DNA of 26,025 nt from a virus (taxonomy: Duplodnaviria; Caudoviricetes): the IMG/VR virus record IMGVR_UViG_3300005573_000256, positions 1 to 26,025 of that record; one strand, 5' to 3'. This document shows, piece by piece, positions 1-10,068 of the stretch (the first letter of the stretch is position 1; every line of letters starts with the position of its first letter). The position numbers and the translations under genes were made by a program. Below the pieces are notes generated by a model that was not told where the DNA came from, made no database searches, and saw nothing but the letters and a program-made list of their open reading frames with translations.

Positions 1-318
1 CAAAAAAAACCTCATTTTTGAGCGATTTTGACTCAACTTCAAAAAAAATATAAACTTAGAAAAGTTGCAAAATAAAACAAAAAAAACGCAAAATTTTGAA
101 ATCTAACATATTGAAAATATTGAGGTTATAACAATAAATGTTGCAAAATGCAACAAAATGGTGCGTTTTGCAACGGAAGTAAATCTTTAATTTTTATTGA
201 GTTACAAATATACATTTATCACTTATCATTTCCATCGCTAAGAATAAATTGATTGAGCAGATCAACGAAAGCTTCGAAAGAATAACACACATGAACATTG
301 AGTCTTTCGCTCCAGTCT
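1..318. repeat. Left terminal inverted repeat (1-121 identical to the reverse complement of 25905-26025; degenerate homology to 318)
   Basis: Manual alignment with the reverse complement of the right end; first mismatch at position 122. Confidence 0.97.
125..174 (-). promoter_or_regulatory. Outward-facing sigma70-like promoter overlapped by palindromic operator-like sites
   Basis: - strand TTGCAT (148-153)-N17-TATAAC (125-130) with a TG extension; palindromes GTTGCAAAATGCAAC 140-154 and GGTGCGTTTTGCAAC 160-174. Confidence 0.6.
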
Positions 319-647
319 AATTGCGCATTGGATAATTTCCCTTTTTTGCTTTTTAACTCCACAAATAATGCAGTATTGTAAGAATTATTATCTTTGCGAA
401 ATATAATAAGATCAGGTAAACCCTTAAAATATTCTGAAATTATTCTTTTGATTCCGATGGGAATTGGTGAATTATAAGAAGCTAATCGTGTAATTGTTTC
501 TGGTATCCGAATATATGGTACATCTAATCGTTTCAACAACTCTTCACATTGTTTTTGTAATTCATTCTCTTGTTGTACCGCTTCTGTTTTGCCTAATTCT
601 TTAATATTATATTTTCTTAATTGTATTTCTTTAGAATAACTTGGCAT
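219..647 (-). CDS. VRR-NUC domain (PD-(D/E)xK) nuclease
   Basis: Motifs GLPDL, FVELK and GKLSNAQ are typical of phage VRR-NUC proteins. Confidence 0.85.
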   Translation of the reverse strand: MPSYSKEIQLRKYNIKELGKTEAVQQENELQKQCEELLKRLDVPYIRIPETITRLASYNSPIPIGIKRIISEYFKGLPDLIIFRKDNNSYNTALFVELKSKKGKLSNAQLDWSERLNVHVCYSFEAFVDLLNQFILSDGNDK

Positions 648-649
648 AA

Positions 650-1102
650 TTATAATGGCAATCTATATCCCAAGATTCGTTCAATTGGATATTTTGCGAT
701 TGACACTCGGTTATTTTGGTTTCCGCCTAATAACCATATATTATAATCGCTTAATCTTATGAAAAAGCCAACGTGTCCATTAATTTCACCACGTTTCAAA
801 ATTGTAATACATCCACGCACAGGTTCTTCAATTCTTTTCCCCCAGTTAAGCCATGATCTTGCCCATGCATTATTTGTACCTTCTATTCCAACTTGTCTTA
901 AACACCAATTAACGAAAGCACTACACCACGGTGTCTCATCTGATAATGCATCTTTCAATCCGAGATTTACAGCTTTCAAATATTCTACAATTCTTGGATT
1001 AGAAGCTTCCCCCGGTAATTCTTTGACTCCAATTTCCCTTAAGGCCACTCTCATCCACGGGAATTCTTTTTGTTTTTCTGTGTCAATAATCATTTTATAC
1101 AC
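650..1102 (-). CDS. TIGR02594-family (NlpC/P60/CHAP-like) cell-wall hydrolase, probable endolysin
   Basis: DETPWCSAFVNW (catalytic Cys), GHVGF (His), LGGNQ; follows a holin-like gene. Confidence 0.88.
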   Translation of the reverse strand: MYKMIIDTEKQKEFPWMRVALREIGVKELPGEASNPRIVEYLKAVNLGLKDALSDETPWCSAFVNWCLRQVGIEGTNNAWARSWLNWGKRIEEPVRGCITILKRGEINGHVGFFIRLSDYNIWLLGGNQNNRVSIAKYPIERILGYRLPL

Positions 1103-1113
1103 CTTTCTATTAA

Positions 1114-1356
1114 TTATTTTTTTCGTGGTCTACTTGTTAATACTTCGAGAATCATATTTATCTTTTCGTCTAATTTAGTTAATTGTATTTCAATATTTCT
1201 ATGTCGTTCATCGCAAAAATCCGAACGCACAAATCTAATTTTGCCGTTTAACGAATTAAGTTGCGAACGTTGTTTGAGTGCAACAATAATTATCTGTGCA
1301 AGCGCAATACACAATGACCCCATTGCAATTCCATAACCGAGATCAATATGTAGCAT
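1114..1356 (-). CDS. Small single-TM protein, putative holin or lysis accessory protein
   Basis: N-terminal hydrophobic helix, coiled basic C-terminus, directly upstream of the lysin; ATG at 1356 chosen because GGAGGA precedes it (ORF track starts at 1368). Confidence 0.55.
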   Translation of the reverse strand: MLHIDLGYGIAMGSLCIALAQIIIVALKQRSQLNSLNGKIRFVRSDFCDERHRNIEIQLTKLDEKINMILEVLTSRPRKK

Positions 1357-1372
1357 TATTTCCTCCAATCAT

Positions 1373-1400
1373 AATTTAGTTAATTTTTTAGAAATGTCAA
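1373..1400 (-). promoter_or_regulatory. Sigma70-like promoter for the lysis cassette
   Basis: TTGACA (1395-1400)-N16-TAAATT (1373-1378). Confidence 0.5.
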
Positions 1401-1406
1401 GAAAAA

Positions 1407-2972
1407 TTACCATCCTGTATCTTCCTTAAGTTCCAGTTCCCAATCATACTTATCCCCACCGTATATTTGTTTCGGTGAATATTCGTCAGAATCTAATATT
1501 AGATTGGTAAAATAATTTTTCCCGATGCCAAGTGCATTAGGTGATAATGCAATTTGCTTTATTCGTTCTTCACTTAATATTTCTGAAAGAATTATTATAT
1601 CATCTAATATTGCATCACTATTATAAGTTTTTGTTGCATCACAACCAATTAATATTTCAGTGAGTGGCAATGGTGTCCCAGATAATCCAGTTTCATTAAC
1701 TTTATTTCCATTAATATATAATTTCCATGTACCATATTGGTAATTTTCAGAAGGAAAAGACCACGTAGTAGCTATATGTATCCATTCGTTTTGCCACGAT
1801 TCGGATATTCCTGTTGCCAAATATAATACGGAACCCATATAAGGCGGAAATTCAACATATAATGATCCATTCAGTTGATATATTTCCAATTGATTATTTA
1901 CCATTTTACAAATTAATAAATTTCTCATTGCAGTTGATAACCATGGAAATTTAACCCAAAAAGCTATAGTACCAGCCTGCATATCCATTTTGTGACTTGC
2001 ATCCGGTATGTAAGATATCTTCTCCGCACCTTGTGTTATTGGGACGTTGTAAGTTCCAATATAACTTCTCATATAATCTACACCAATATCTAATTGTGCC
2101 CCCCATATATATATTGGATAATAATATTGATCACTAACTAATACAATTTCCACCCGCCAATTATTTGTATTATTTCCATAATTTCGGAAATCCACATCAT
2201 ATCTTTTCCATTGTGGAGTCAAATAATATGTTTTCTCCGCTAATATTGTATTGATAGAATCTTTAATTCTTAATTTAATTGTAGTATTAATAACAATAGA
2301 TTTAACGAATATTGAAAAATTAGCACTATTAGTACCAATACTTTCGGATATATTTTGTACAATAGTACCATTCGATTCAGTATTTGTTAATGATATTTTG
2401 TATGCATAATTTTGCCCAGCAGGATCATAAGTTTCAGTAGTATTTGCTGATATTGTAATATTAGTTTTTGTCCATACTGAATTATCAAATTGTGCAGAAT
2501 ATAATAATTTATTTGTATGATTATTTTCTACTAATAAGCCACGACCATATCTTCCTTCGGGGAATCTCATCTCATCAGGGGCAACTGTTGTCAATAATCC
2601 AGTGACTGGATCAATATATGTAGCGGATGTACCACGATTCGCAAAAGTACATTCTATCCCATCATTAGATTTTAACGATTTTGCTTCAAAATCGAAATAT
2701 GCTTTGATATTACGATCTAACCAAAGATTGCAAGTTCTTCCTTCTCCAGCAGATAAATATTCTATTAACTTATTTGTAGATTGTACCAATCCGGGTTCAA
2801 GTCGATCTTTTGCCAATCGTATTTTATTTCTCGAATATAAGTAATCAACTTGTATTTCACCACTGGAAGCTTCAAATTCGCTTTTATTAATTTCACGTGT
2901 AATTTCTACTTCGTTAAAATGTCTTTTGAAATCAATTACATCATTACCAAATTCTATTAATGGTAATCCCAT
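1407..2972 (-). CDS. Distal tail (Dit-like) protein with inserted carbohydrate-binding/LamG-like domains
   Basis: Short N- and C-terminal structural segments flank WGAQL and GTIAFWVK...WIHIATTW...LYING...LDDIII LamG-type motifs; tail-tip position. Confidence 0.6.
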   Translation of the reverse strand: MGLPLIEFGNDVIDFKRHFNEVEITREINKSEFEASSGEIQVDYLYSRNKIRLAKDRLEPGLVQSTNKLIEYLSAGEGRTCNLWLDRNIKAYFDFEAKSLKSNDGIECTFANRGTSATYIDPVTGLLTTVAPDEMRFPEGRYGRGLLVENNHTNKLLYSAQFDNSVWTKTNITISANTTETYDPAGQNYAYKISLTNTESNGTIVQNISESIGTNSANFSIFVKSIVINTTIKLRIKDSINTILAEKTYYLTPQWKRYDVDFRNYGNNTNNWRVEIVLVSDQYYYPIYIWGAQLDIGVDYMRSYIGTYNVPITQGAEKISYIPDASHKMDMQAGTIAFWVKFPWLSTAMRNLLICKMVNNQLEIYQLNGSLYVEFPPYMGSVLYLATGISESWQNEWIHIATTWSFPSENYQYGTWKLYINGNKVNETGLSGTPLPLTEILIGCDATKTYNSDAILDDIIILSEILSEERIKQIALSPNALGIGKNYFTNLILDSDEYSPKQIYGGDKYDWELELKEDTGW

Positions 2973-2981
2973 AATATACTC

Positions 2982-5111
2982 CTATTCTAATAACTCATCA
3001 ATAAATTCGCTTTCGATCTCGTATAATTGATCAACAAAAGTTACTCCAACCAATTTCACCTCTGTCGGTGGTTCGTCGCAAGTGGAATCATACCAATCTA
3101 TTTTTATTCGTTTGATATTATATCTATCCGGTGAGTTTAGCGTTGCATTTCTCCATACATGTATACCATAATAATTTTCTATCCAAAATGATAAATCCAC
3201 AATGAAAGGCTCACTATCTCTTTCACAATATGTTACTTCATAATCGCAATATTTAATTGTTGTTCCCTCCGGATCCTGCGCATGTATCCTAATGTTTATT
3301 ATTGAATAATCATTCCCGCTTGGATTATTCGGTGGTGTTATTTGTAATTTACATTTTAAGTATGTTACATAATAATCATCTTGATCTAAAAATCCATCGT
3401 AAGATTGTAAAGTTTCAGAGGCGTCTGAATTAAATTGAATTATCTGTCTTGCTTTTCCGATATCTTCTAACTCTTCGAGATCGGAATTATCCCAACTATG
3501 TATTTGTATGATTGGCCAATTTGCAAGTGGAAGCTTCGCATAATTTGTTTCAAATTTGATTTCTAATGAAAATTTATCTTTATCAAATGAAATTGTTTTT
3601 TCAGTAATTCTTGCTAATATATTTTGCCAACCATAATTAATATTTTCAAAATTGACAAATTTGGAATATGTTATACTAATAATATCACTTGGTTCGAGCA
3701 AAATATATTTTGGTGATATTGTTAATTCGCCAGTGACAAATGGATATCCATATAAATACATTCTCCGCCTTAAATTATCTTGTGCAATATAATGATTCCA
3801 TAATACACCATCGGGCCATATTAAGTCCCAGAAAAATGATTCACTCGATATTTCAACTTCTCTTCCGGACAATGATAGATCAATATCTTTCCATTTCCAT
3901 ACTTCTTGCACATCATATCTTCCGTAATAATGTAACGGTCCATCTTTCCATCTTTTATAGCGTAATATGCCTTTTTCGATTACATCATTATAATTTAATT
4001 TTATTTTTCCATTTTTAATATCATTCTGTGTAATATCAGCGATTTTATCAACTTTTGAATATATATCATAACTTCTTGCAACTAATTTCCCATCCTTGAA
4101 TTGTAACCAAATTCCAAGTGGTTCGAGAATATTATTTTTTACATAAGCCCATCCATCATCTAATTCATTTTTTTCTTTTTCTGGAATGATATAATTAATA
4201 GTAGGTGCAATAGAATTGCCGGTGGCAGTATCTATTGTCGGCCCTAATCCATATATTGTGTTACGTATCTGTATCCAATCAATTATATTTTCCGGGACTT
4301 CTAAACCCCAATTGCTAATACCTACATCATATCTACCACCTTTGTTTGTTTCTAATATATTCATTAGTGCTTCAAAATATCTATTTGATCTTATTTGCAT
4401 TACTTCTGATATAATTGATTCATCTTCGTGCTTATATTTTTGCCCAACTGCCCACTCAAATTTTACTGCGTTTTCATTGCGATTAGTATATCTTATTATC
4501 TCCTCATCTCCGCCGGAAAGATGTACCCATGTATGGTTATAGATACCCCACGGAGCGGATTCTTCATCGCAAAATGTTAGTAATTGCTCAACTGTCTCCG
4601 CATTCGCTTCTGTTGCTCCTTTGTCATGAGTTCCTCTCATTGCAGTGCGCCCATATTTTTGGATAATTGAACGTTTTTTAGTTTTATCATAAAAATAATT
4701 TTCACTAAATTTTAAAGTATATTTGTAATTATCAACTGAAATATCTTTAATATATCCTTGGAATATTTTAACAAAATTATCTTCTTCTAATTGCGCAAAA
4801 CCGTATCGTATAACTGCATAATTTTCAGCAAGATAAGGATCTAAGTACATTAATATATCTAATATTGGATGATCGGAAATCCTTTCGTTGAGAACTACAG
4901 TAGCCTCTCCTTCAGAGGGAAAATCTGAATCCTTTGGGTCCGGCCAATTAATCTCTATTGATTTAATTATTGGCAGACAATTTTCACTTATTCCATTAAA
5001 TATACCAGTAGAAAAATAATTAAGATCTAAATTAGGCCATCGTAAAATAAATATAGGCTTTCGGTGGCGTAGATTATTTAATGCATCAAATGCTTTATTA
5101 CTTTTGATCAT
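2982..5111 (-). CDS. Tail tip / baseplate hub-like protein
   Basis: Immediately after the tape measure gene; FQGYIKDI and LLEPSDIISIT hub-like motifs. Confidence 0.6.
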   Translation of the reverse strand: MIKSNKAFDALNNLRHRKPIFILRWPNLDLNYFSTGIFNGISENCLPIIKSIEINWPDPKDSDFPSEGEATVVLNERISDHPILDILMYLDPYLAENYAVIRYGFAQLEEDNFVKIFQGYIKDISVDNYKYTLKFSENYFYDKTKKRSIIQKYGRTAMRGTHDKGATEANAETVEQLLTFCDEESAPWGIYNHTWVHLSGGDEEIIRYTNRNENAVKFEWAVGQKYKHEDESIISEVMQIRSNRYFEALMNILETNKGGRYDVGISNWGLEVPENIIDWIQIRNTIYGLGPTIDTATGNSIAPTINYIIPEKEKNELDDGWAYVKNNILEPLGIWLQFKDGKLVARSYDIYSKVDKIADITQNDIKNGKIKLNYNDVIEKGILRYKRWKDGPLHYYGRYDVQEVWKWKDIDLSLSGREVEISSESFFWDLIWPDGVLWNHYIAQDNLRRRMYLYGYPFVTGELTISPKYILLEPSDIISITYSKFVNFENINYGWQNILARITEKTISFDKDKFSLEIKFETNYAKLPLANWPIIQIHSWDNSDLEELEDIGKARQIIQFNSDASETLQSYDGFLDQDDYYVTYLKCKLQITPPNNPSGNDYSIINIRIHAQDPEGTTIKYCDYEVTYCERDSEPFIVDLSFWIENYYGIHVWRNATLNSPDRYNIKRIKIDWYDSTCDEPPTEVKLVGVTFVDQLYEIESEFIDELLE

Positions 5112-6934
5112 TTTCTTTCCACCCGTCTCAACATTGGTACAAGTTTATTACGCACAAAATTTTCATCAATTGTTGCTGTTGTATTAATTACTATATTAAT
5201 TGGTTTCTCTTTTTTATATCGACCTCTATTAATATCATATAACCAATCTGGACCTAATTCCTGCATCGCACGCTTATTGACAATTCCTTCCCCGGGTGTC
5301 CCGAGAAAAACTCGCTCGCTCGACCAAGGCACTTGAGGCCCGGTCAAAAGTATCCCGCCCTCGGCGAATGATTGCGAGGAGATCATCTTAACCCTTGCCA
5401 ATCCTGATGCAATTGTAGCAGCTGCTAATGTTGCGCCTATTACATAGGCAGCCGGACCAATCGGAAGTTCCAGTGCTCGTTGAAATGCCAACTGCGCAGA
5501 AGTATATGTTGATACAATAGTCTCTGCGATCTGGGCGGCCTTATACGCTTCAAATGCTTGTTCGGATTTTTGCGAGAATGCATATGCAATATCAGTCATA
5601 CTTTGCATCAATGCATTTGCAGCTTCATATGAATATTCTTTTGTTAGTTTAATTCTTTCTTTTTCAAGTTCATTATTTTGTAACATTAATTCATAACGAT
5701 TTTGTATTTCCTCATCATCTTTTAATTTGATTTCATATCCTTCCTCTAATATCTTATTTGCTTTTTCACCACTTTTCGCCATATCTTCTAATAATTTTGT
5801 ATATATTTCTAATTCATGCGGATACTTAAATTTAGTGCCAGCTAATGGACCACGAAATTCACCTTCAAGCAATGGTGCTTTCATTTCCTCTTTTTTCTCT
5901 TCTTTCTCCTTTTCTTCTTCCCCGATTTTTCTTCCTTCTGAATATGGTGCAGGCATTTTTCGTATTTCCATTTTTTTCCCAAAGAGTTCAAGAGCCAATT
6001 GTGCCTTCCCCGCTTCAACAAGTTCTTTTATGGTTTTCGCTTGTTTAGATAATAATTCCGCTTGTAATTCTTGCCGTTTTAAATAGTCCGGATCCTTAAC
6101 TAATTGTACATATAATGCATATCCTGTGACCAACTCATATATTTTATTAGCAAAATTAGTTAATGCTGGCAAAACAGCTTGACTGATTGTGATTTTTATC
6201 CCATTAAATGCATCTTTCAAATCCTGTACTCTATCTCTGTATTCGTCCATTTGTTTTGCTTTTTCTGGGCTAATATAATGTCCGAATAATTTCATTCTAT
6301 CAGTAATTTGAGAATATTCTTTTCCGAGCATATCGAGAGTGTTAATAAATTCCGTCCCACTACGTCCAAAAATATCAAGAGCATAGGACGTCTTGTCTGT
6401 TATATTATTAACAAGTGATAATTGGCGTGCAACATCAATCAAGATCTCATCAAGAGTGCGTAATGTGCCATCTGCATTTCTCCATTGGACGCCAAGATTT
6501 TGGAAAGTTCTAATTGTATTTTCATTACCTTCCGATAATTCTTTGACCGTTCTTGCAAGTCGAGTAACTGCACTTGCAACGCTTTCATTGGTTTCTCCGG
6601 TCCGTCTTGCTGCCCATTGGAACGCTTGCAATGTTTCTACGGATACATTAGTTGCTTCTGATAATTCATTTAATTTTTCACCATATGTAATAGTCTGTGA
6701 AATGACAGAATTATATACTTGACTTACAGTACCAATTACTTTTTTACTTAATTCTAATGCTTGATTAACTCCAGTAACGGCAATTGCAAGATTAGACCAT
6801 GAGACTTTCGATCTTGCAGTTGTCTCTTCTGAAATTCGGCCAAAACCTTCGACAGCACGACCTGTTTTATTGGCTATGGCTTCTATTTTATCCGAAGCCA
6901 TATCTACAACTTTTACATCGACTTCAAGTGCCAT
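5108..6934 (-). CDS. Tail tape measure protein
   Basis: Helical, Ala-rich; LGV...DGTLR, DIFGRSG, FAEGG...PGEGIV motifs; follows the chaperone pair. Confidence 0.9.
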   Translation of the reverse strand: MALEVDVKVVDMASDKIEAIANKTGRAVEGFGRISEETTARSKVSWSNLAIAVTGVNQALELSKKVIGTVSQVYNSVISQTITYGEKLNELSEATNVSVETLQAFQWAARRTGETNESVASAVTRLARTVKELSEGNENTIRTFQNLGVQWRNADGTLRTLDEILIDVARQLSLVNNITDKTSYALDIFGRSGTEFINTLDMLGKEYSQITDRMKLFGHYISPEKAKQMDEYRDRVQDLKDAFNGIKITISQAVLPALTNFANKIYELVTGYALYVQLVKDPDYLKRQELQAELLSKQAKTIKELVEAGKAQLALELFGKKMEIRKMPAPYSEGRKIGEEEKEKEEKKEEMKAPLLEGEFRGPLAGTKFKYPHELEIYTKLLEDMAKSGEKANKILEEGYEIKLKDDEEIQNRYELMLQNNELEKERIKLTKEYSYEAANALMQSMTDIAYAFSQKSEQAFEAYKAAQIAETIVSTYTSAQLAFQRALELPIGPAAYVIGATLAAATIASGLARVKMISSQSFAEGGILLTGPQVPWSSERVFLGTPGEGIVNKRAMQELGPDWLYDINRGRYKKEKPINIVINTTATIDENFVRNKLVPMLRRVERK

Positions 6935-7248
6935 TTACTTTTTACCCTTTCAAGCTCTTTTTCATTATATTCATCTATTGTAGTTTTTATCAATATTAAT
7001 TTCTGCAATAATACATATACTTCTTCATGTGTTAACTTAAGACCTAATATTTTGATTGCATCCCAAAACCCAACTCCATCAATTGCATGTAATATATTCC
7101 AGACTTCTATGGCAACCGAATTTGCTAATGATAATTTTGGCAAATCCGGTATTTCTATTCTATGACCTTCCTCGAGCAATTTTTTATAATATTCTTCCGT
7201 TTCCCACGGATAATTTAGCTTGTGCTCGAGGAAGGTTTTCAGTTTTTT
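6913..7248 (-). CDS. Tail assembly chaperone, -1 frameshift extension (gpGT-like)
   Basis: The -1 frame is open from the slippery site through KLKTFLEHKLNYPWETEEYYKKLLEEGHR into ORF 6913..7179. Confidence 0.75.
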   Translation of the reverse strand, partial: KKLKTFLEHKLNYPWETEEYYKKLLEEGHRIEIPDLPKLSLANSVAIEVWNILHAIDGVGFWDAIKILGLKLTHEEVYVLLQKLILIKTTIDEYNEKELERVKSKWHLKSM

Positions 7249-7604
7249 AGTTCTTCCTCTATATTACCAAAAAATAATTTCTCATCTCTACACTTCATCA
7301 AGATGAAGTCTGCCCACTCAATATAAGTGGAGAAGAATATTTGCTTATTCTCATCCGTGCAGGGCCATGGCTTCCCTTCTTTGACTAATCCTTCCCAATC
7401 TACAACCGCTTGACATACAATTCTGGTAACCCAGCCATCGGGAGCATTTTCATTGTAATTTTTTTCTTGCTTTCTGGATTCATCCCTTGCAATTTCCATC
7501 TTAATAACCGCAGAAGGGATATACTTAATTAGATATCTATCACCATAACCTTTCGGATGTTCTACCCAAATTTTCTTATTTTCTAATTTATCGATATCAA
7601 ACAT
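7239..7604 (-). CDS. Tail assembly chaperone (gpG-like)
   Basis: Between tail tube and tape measure; VVDWEG...PCT motif; AGGAGG before ATG 7604. Confidence 0.8.
   Translation of the reverse strand: MFDIDKLENKKIWVEHPKGYGDRYLIKYIPSAVIKMEIARDESRKQEKNYNENAPDGWVTRIVCQAVVDWEGLVKEGKPWPCTDENKQIFFSTYIEWADFILMKCRDEKLFFGNIEEELKN
7242..7248 (-). other. -1 programmed frameshift heptamer A_AAA_AAC
   Basis: CTA AAA AAC TGA at the end of the chaperone gene; X_XXY_YYZ pattern. Confidence 0.8.
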
Positions 7605-7615
7605 ATCTCCTCCTA

Positions 7616-8680
7616 TTAACCAGTGTAACTTGTTGAAAATGCATCTCTTAACACTATCTGCCAATTAGTGCATGTCATACCGTTTGGCGCATTCGATGCA
7701 AGGAATGGCACAAGTTTGATCGTTTGCGGAATTCTGCCCTCGCCAAGTGTTGCTTCCGGGTTATCAATCACAAGTCGTGGAAATTGTATTAATAAGTCAT
7801 GATTTGAATCAAGCGAAAAATATATATCAGCTTTTTTCTCTGCTTTATCTTGGAAATTTTCGAGATATGTTACCGCATTCAAATCCGGTATTTCGATTGT
7901 CAATTCTTGTTTTGGGATTCCCTCTTCGATCGGTTCATCTGTTTCCCAGGCACTCGTTGTAGATGCTTTCGAAACCCACTCTTGCGACATATTCCTTTCA
8001 AAGTTAAATGTGAATTTACGAATTTTTATAGTATCTCCACTCGCAAGTGCAGAACCACTCTGTGAGTTCATTCGGAATCTTAACGCCCCGAATGGGATCA
8101 TCGGTGGCAATGTTGAGTTAAGTGTAATATGTGTTACATTGCCAAATGCTTGTACAGTATGCGTTGTCTCATCTTCCTGAATACGTACATTAGTTCCGAT
8201 TAATTTAACGGTCAAATCAATAAATCCCTGTCCATTGGGACCGGTAATTGTAAAACCAACCGGCTTGATTGAAGGCCAACCGAATCGCAACTCTCCCCCC
8301 GAAGGTCCAAGCATCACGCCAAGCGTCCCGAAAAGATTAAGACCATCAACGGAGTCTCGCAATGTAATTGTGTGCGTGTATGGGTCACTTGACCCAGTCA
8401 CTGTATCAAGTCCAACGCACTGTGCAATCAACGACCACATACGGCCGGAGTATCTTAATGGCATTGTTAAGTCAAATGAAATATTCTTTTTTCCTAAATC
8501 AAAATATTTGTTCCAAGCATATCCAATTGATGGATCTGGGATAAATTCTCTGGGCTCATGCAGTGGGAGACCTGCAGATATTAATAATTGCGTATTAGCC
8601 CCGACTGCAACGGGAGTGCCCCATTGTGTTAATCCAATCTGGTAAGCGACAATCGCTCCTCTTGATGTAATGGCTGGCAT
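7616..8680 (-). CDS. Major tail tube protein
   Basis: Position before the chaperone; PYTHTIT and LLIQFPR tube-like motifs; strong AGGAGG RBS. Confidence 0.8.
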   Translation of the reverse strand: MPAITSRGAIVAYQIGLTQWGTPVAVGANTQLLISAGLPLHEPREFIPDPSIGYAWNKYFDLGKKNISFDLTMPLRYSGRMWSLIAQCVGLDTVTGSSDPYTHTITLRDSVDGLNLFGTLGVMLGPSGGELRFGWPSIKPVGFTITGPNGQGFIDLTVKLIGTNVRIQEDETTHTVQAFGNVTHITLNSTLPPMIPFGALRFRMNSQSGSALASGDTIKIRKFTFNFERNMSQEWVSKASTTSAWETDEPIEEGIPKQELTIEIPDLNAVTYLENFQDKAEKKADIYFSLDSNHDLLIQFPRLVIDNPEATLGEGRIPQTIKLVPFLASNAPNGMTCTNWQIVLRDAFSTSYTG

Positions 8681-8693
8681 ATTTTATCCTCCT

Positions 8694-8885
8694 TTATTTT
8701 TCTTTTTTTATTTTTTTCTCAACAAATAATGCACTCGGATGGGAAAAATCATAATCATCAGGTACATAATATTCTTTTCCCCTAATGATTACAACTCCAT
8801 CCACTTTTGCGTCTTGTTTTTCGACTGGTTCAAATTTCCCAGTCAAACAGATTCCAAGATCATCTTTTGCAATACCGATTTTCAT
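8694..8885 (-). CDS. Small hypothetical protein
   Basis: AGGAGG RBS; fills the gap in the tail operon. Confidence 0.7.
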   Translation of the reverse strand: MKIGIAKDDLGICLTGKFEPVEKQDAKVDGVVIIRGKEYYVPDDYDFSHPSALFVEKKIKKEK

Positions 8886-8901
8886 ATAACCTCCTTTAAT
8901 T

Positions 8902-10065
8902 TTAACTATAATTATCTTTTGTATTCAAATAATATTCATTTATTTCATTATCTGATAATGCTCTATTATATACTCTAATCTCCCCCATCAGACCATTATA
9001 ATATCTCCCCCCTTGCCATCCACATCCTATCATAGTATATGTTGTCCATGCCCTTACCGTCAAAGAATAAGTACTTGTTTTTTTTAGCTCTCCATTAAGA
9101 TAACCTTTGATATTTTTGGGCGATTTTGTTCTCACAACACCAATACATTGCCAAATATTAGTAACTACGCTATATAATGAAATCGATTCAGAACTTGTAC
9201 CATTACCATGCGAAAAAATAATATTTCCATTAGGATCATATGTCAAATCAAAATCATCTTTTTCACCTTTCGTAATTATCGTATCATATGAATCAACATT
9301 TGGTTTAATCCATGCTAATATTGTCAAATCTCCATCACTATTTAGCGTTGTATTGGGCGGTATATATACAGCTTCATTTATACCATTAAAACTTAATGCA
9401 TAATATTTACCTGCTTTTTGCCAATTTTTAAGACCAAATCCATGATTATTATTACCAGATATATCTAATATTATTTCATTTGTTAACCCAGTATATGAAA
9501 TCTCTGGCAAAATTCCGTTAGCCAATTCTATCCTCGTAATCGGTTGATTTGGCAAATATAATATAAGATTACTATCTGTATCAAATCTACTTATTAACGG
9601 CACAATCTGTTCCTTGATAATACGATATGCGACAGCCACCGAACCAATATAACCTTTTGCTTCCCAAGGCCCAGCAAAACGTAATCCATTAAAATCGCAT
9701 ATATCAACTTCCCCATTCAGATTATGTGTTTCGTTAATTACTTCAATTATTGCACGTTGATAACGCCATAATATTTTTTGTAATTTTTCTGGTGATGCAT
9801 CAAAGCAAATAACAGATATTAATATATTCACATCCATATAATATGTCTCATTCGTGTATCTGCTTCCATTGTCAGACTCGGGAAAAATCATAATCGCTGG
9901 AGTCTGCTGTATTACTTCCGTCTTGCCAATGTGTATTTCCCTTGCCATATCAAGCATAATGCCATCATTATGTTCTGCAGTAATTGCATTTAATTTATCT
10001 TTTAGATTCAATTCTAATATATTTTTTATCTTAACAATTACTGGCTCTATCCATCTTCCTGTCAT
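8902..10065 (-). CDS. Tail terminator-like N-terminal domain fused to a C-terminal LamG-like domain
   Basis: TPAIMIFP neck/terminator-like N-terminus; TILAWIK...YLNG...YNGLMGEIRVYNRALS LamG signature. Confidence 0.7.
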   Translation of the reverse strand: MTGRWIEPVIVKIKNILELNLKDKLNAITAEHNDGIMLDMAREIHIGKTEVIQQTPAIMIFPESDNGSRYTNETYYMDVNILISVICFDASPEKLQKILWRYQRAIIEVINETHNLNGEVDICDFNGLRFAGPWEAKGYIGSVAVAYRIIKEQIVPLISRFDTDSNLILYLPNQPITRIELANGILPEISYTGLTNEIILDISGNNNHGFGLKNWQKAGKYYALSFNGINEAVYIPPNTTLNSDGDLTILAWIKPNVDSYDTIITKGEKDDFDLTYDPNGNIIFSHGNGTSSESISLYSVVTNIWQCIGVVRTKSPKNIKGYLNGELKKTSTYSLTVRAWTTYTMIGCGWQGGRYYNGLMGEIRVYNRALSDNEINEYYLNTKDNYS

Positions 10066-10068
10066 ATT

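Noticed and set aside
1-121. Ends as IS/transposon or Mu-type ends
   Set aside because: No transposase in the window and no flanks to test for target duplication; Mu-like head genes alone do not imply transposition
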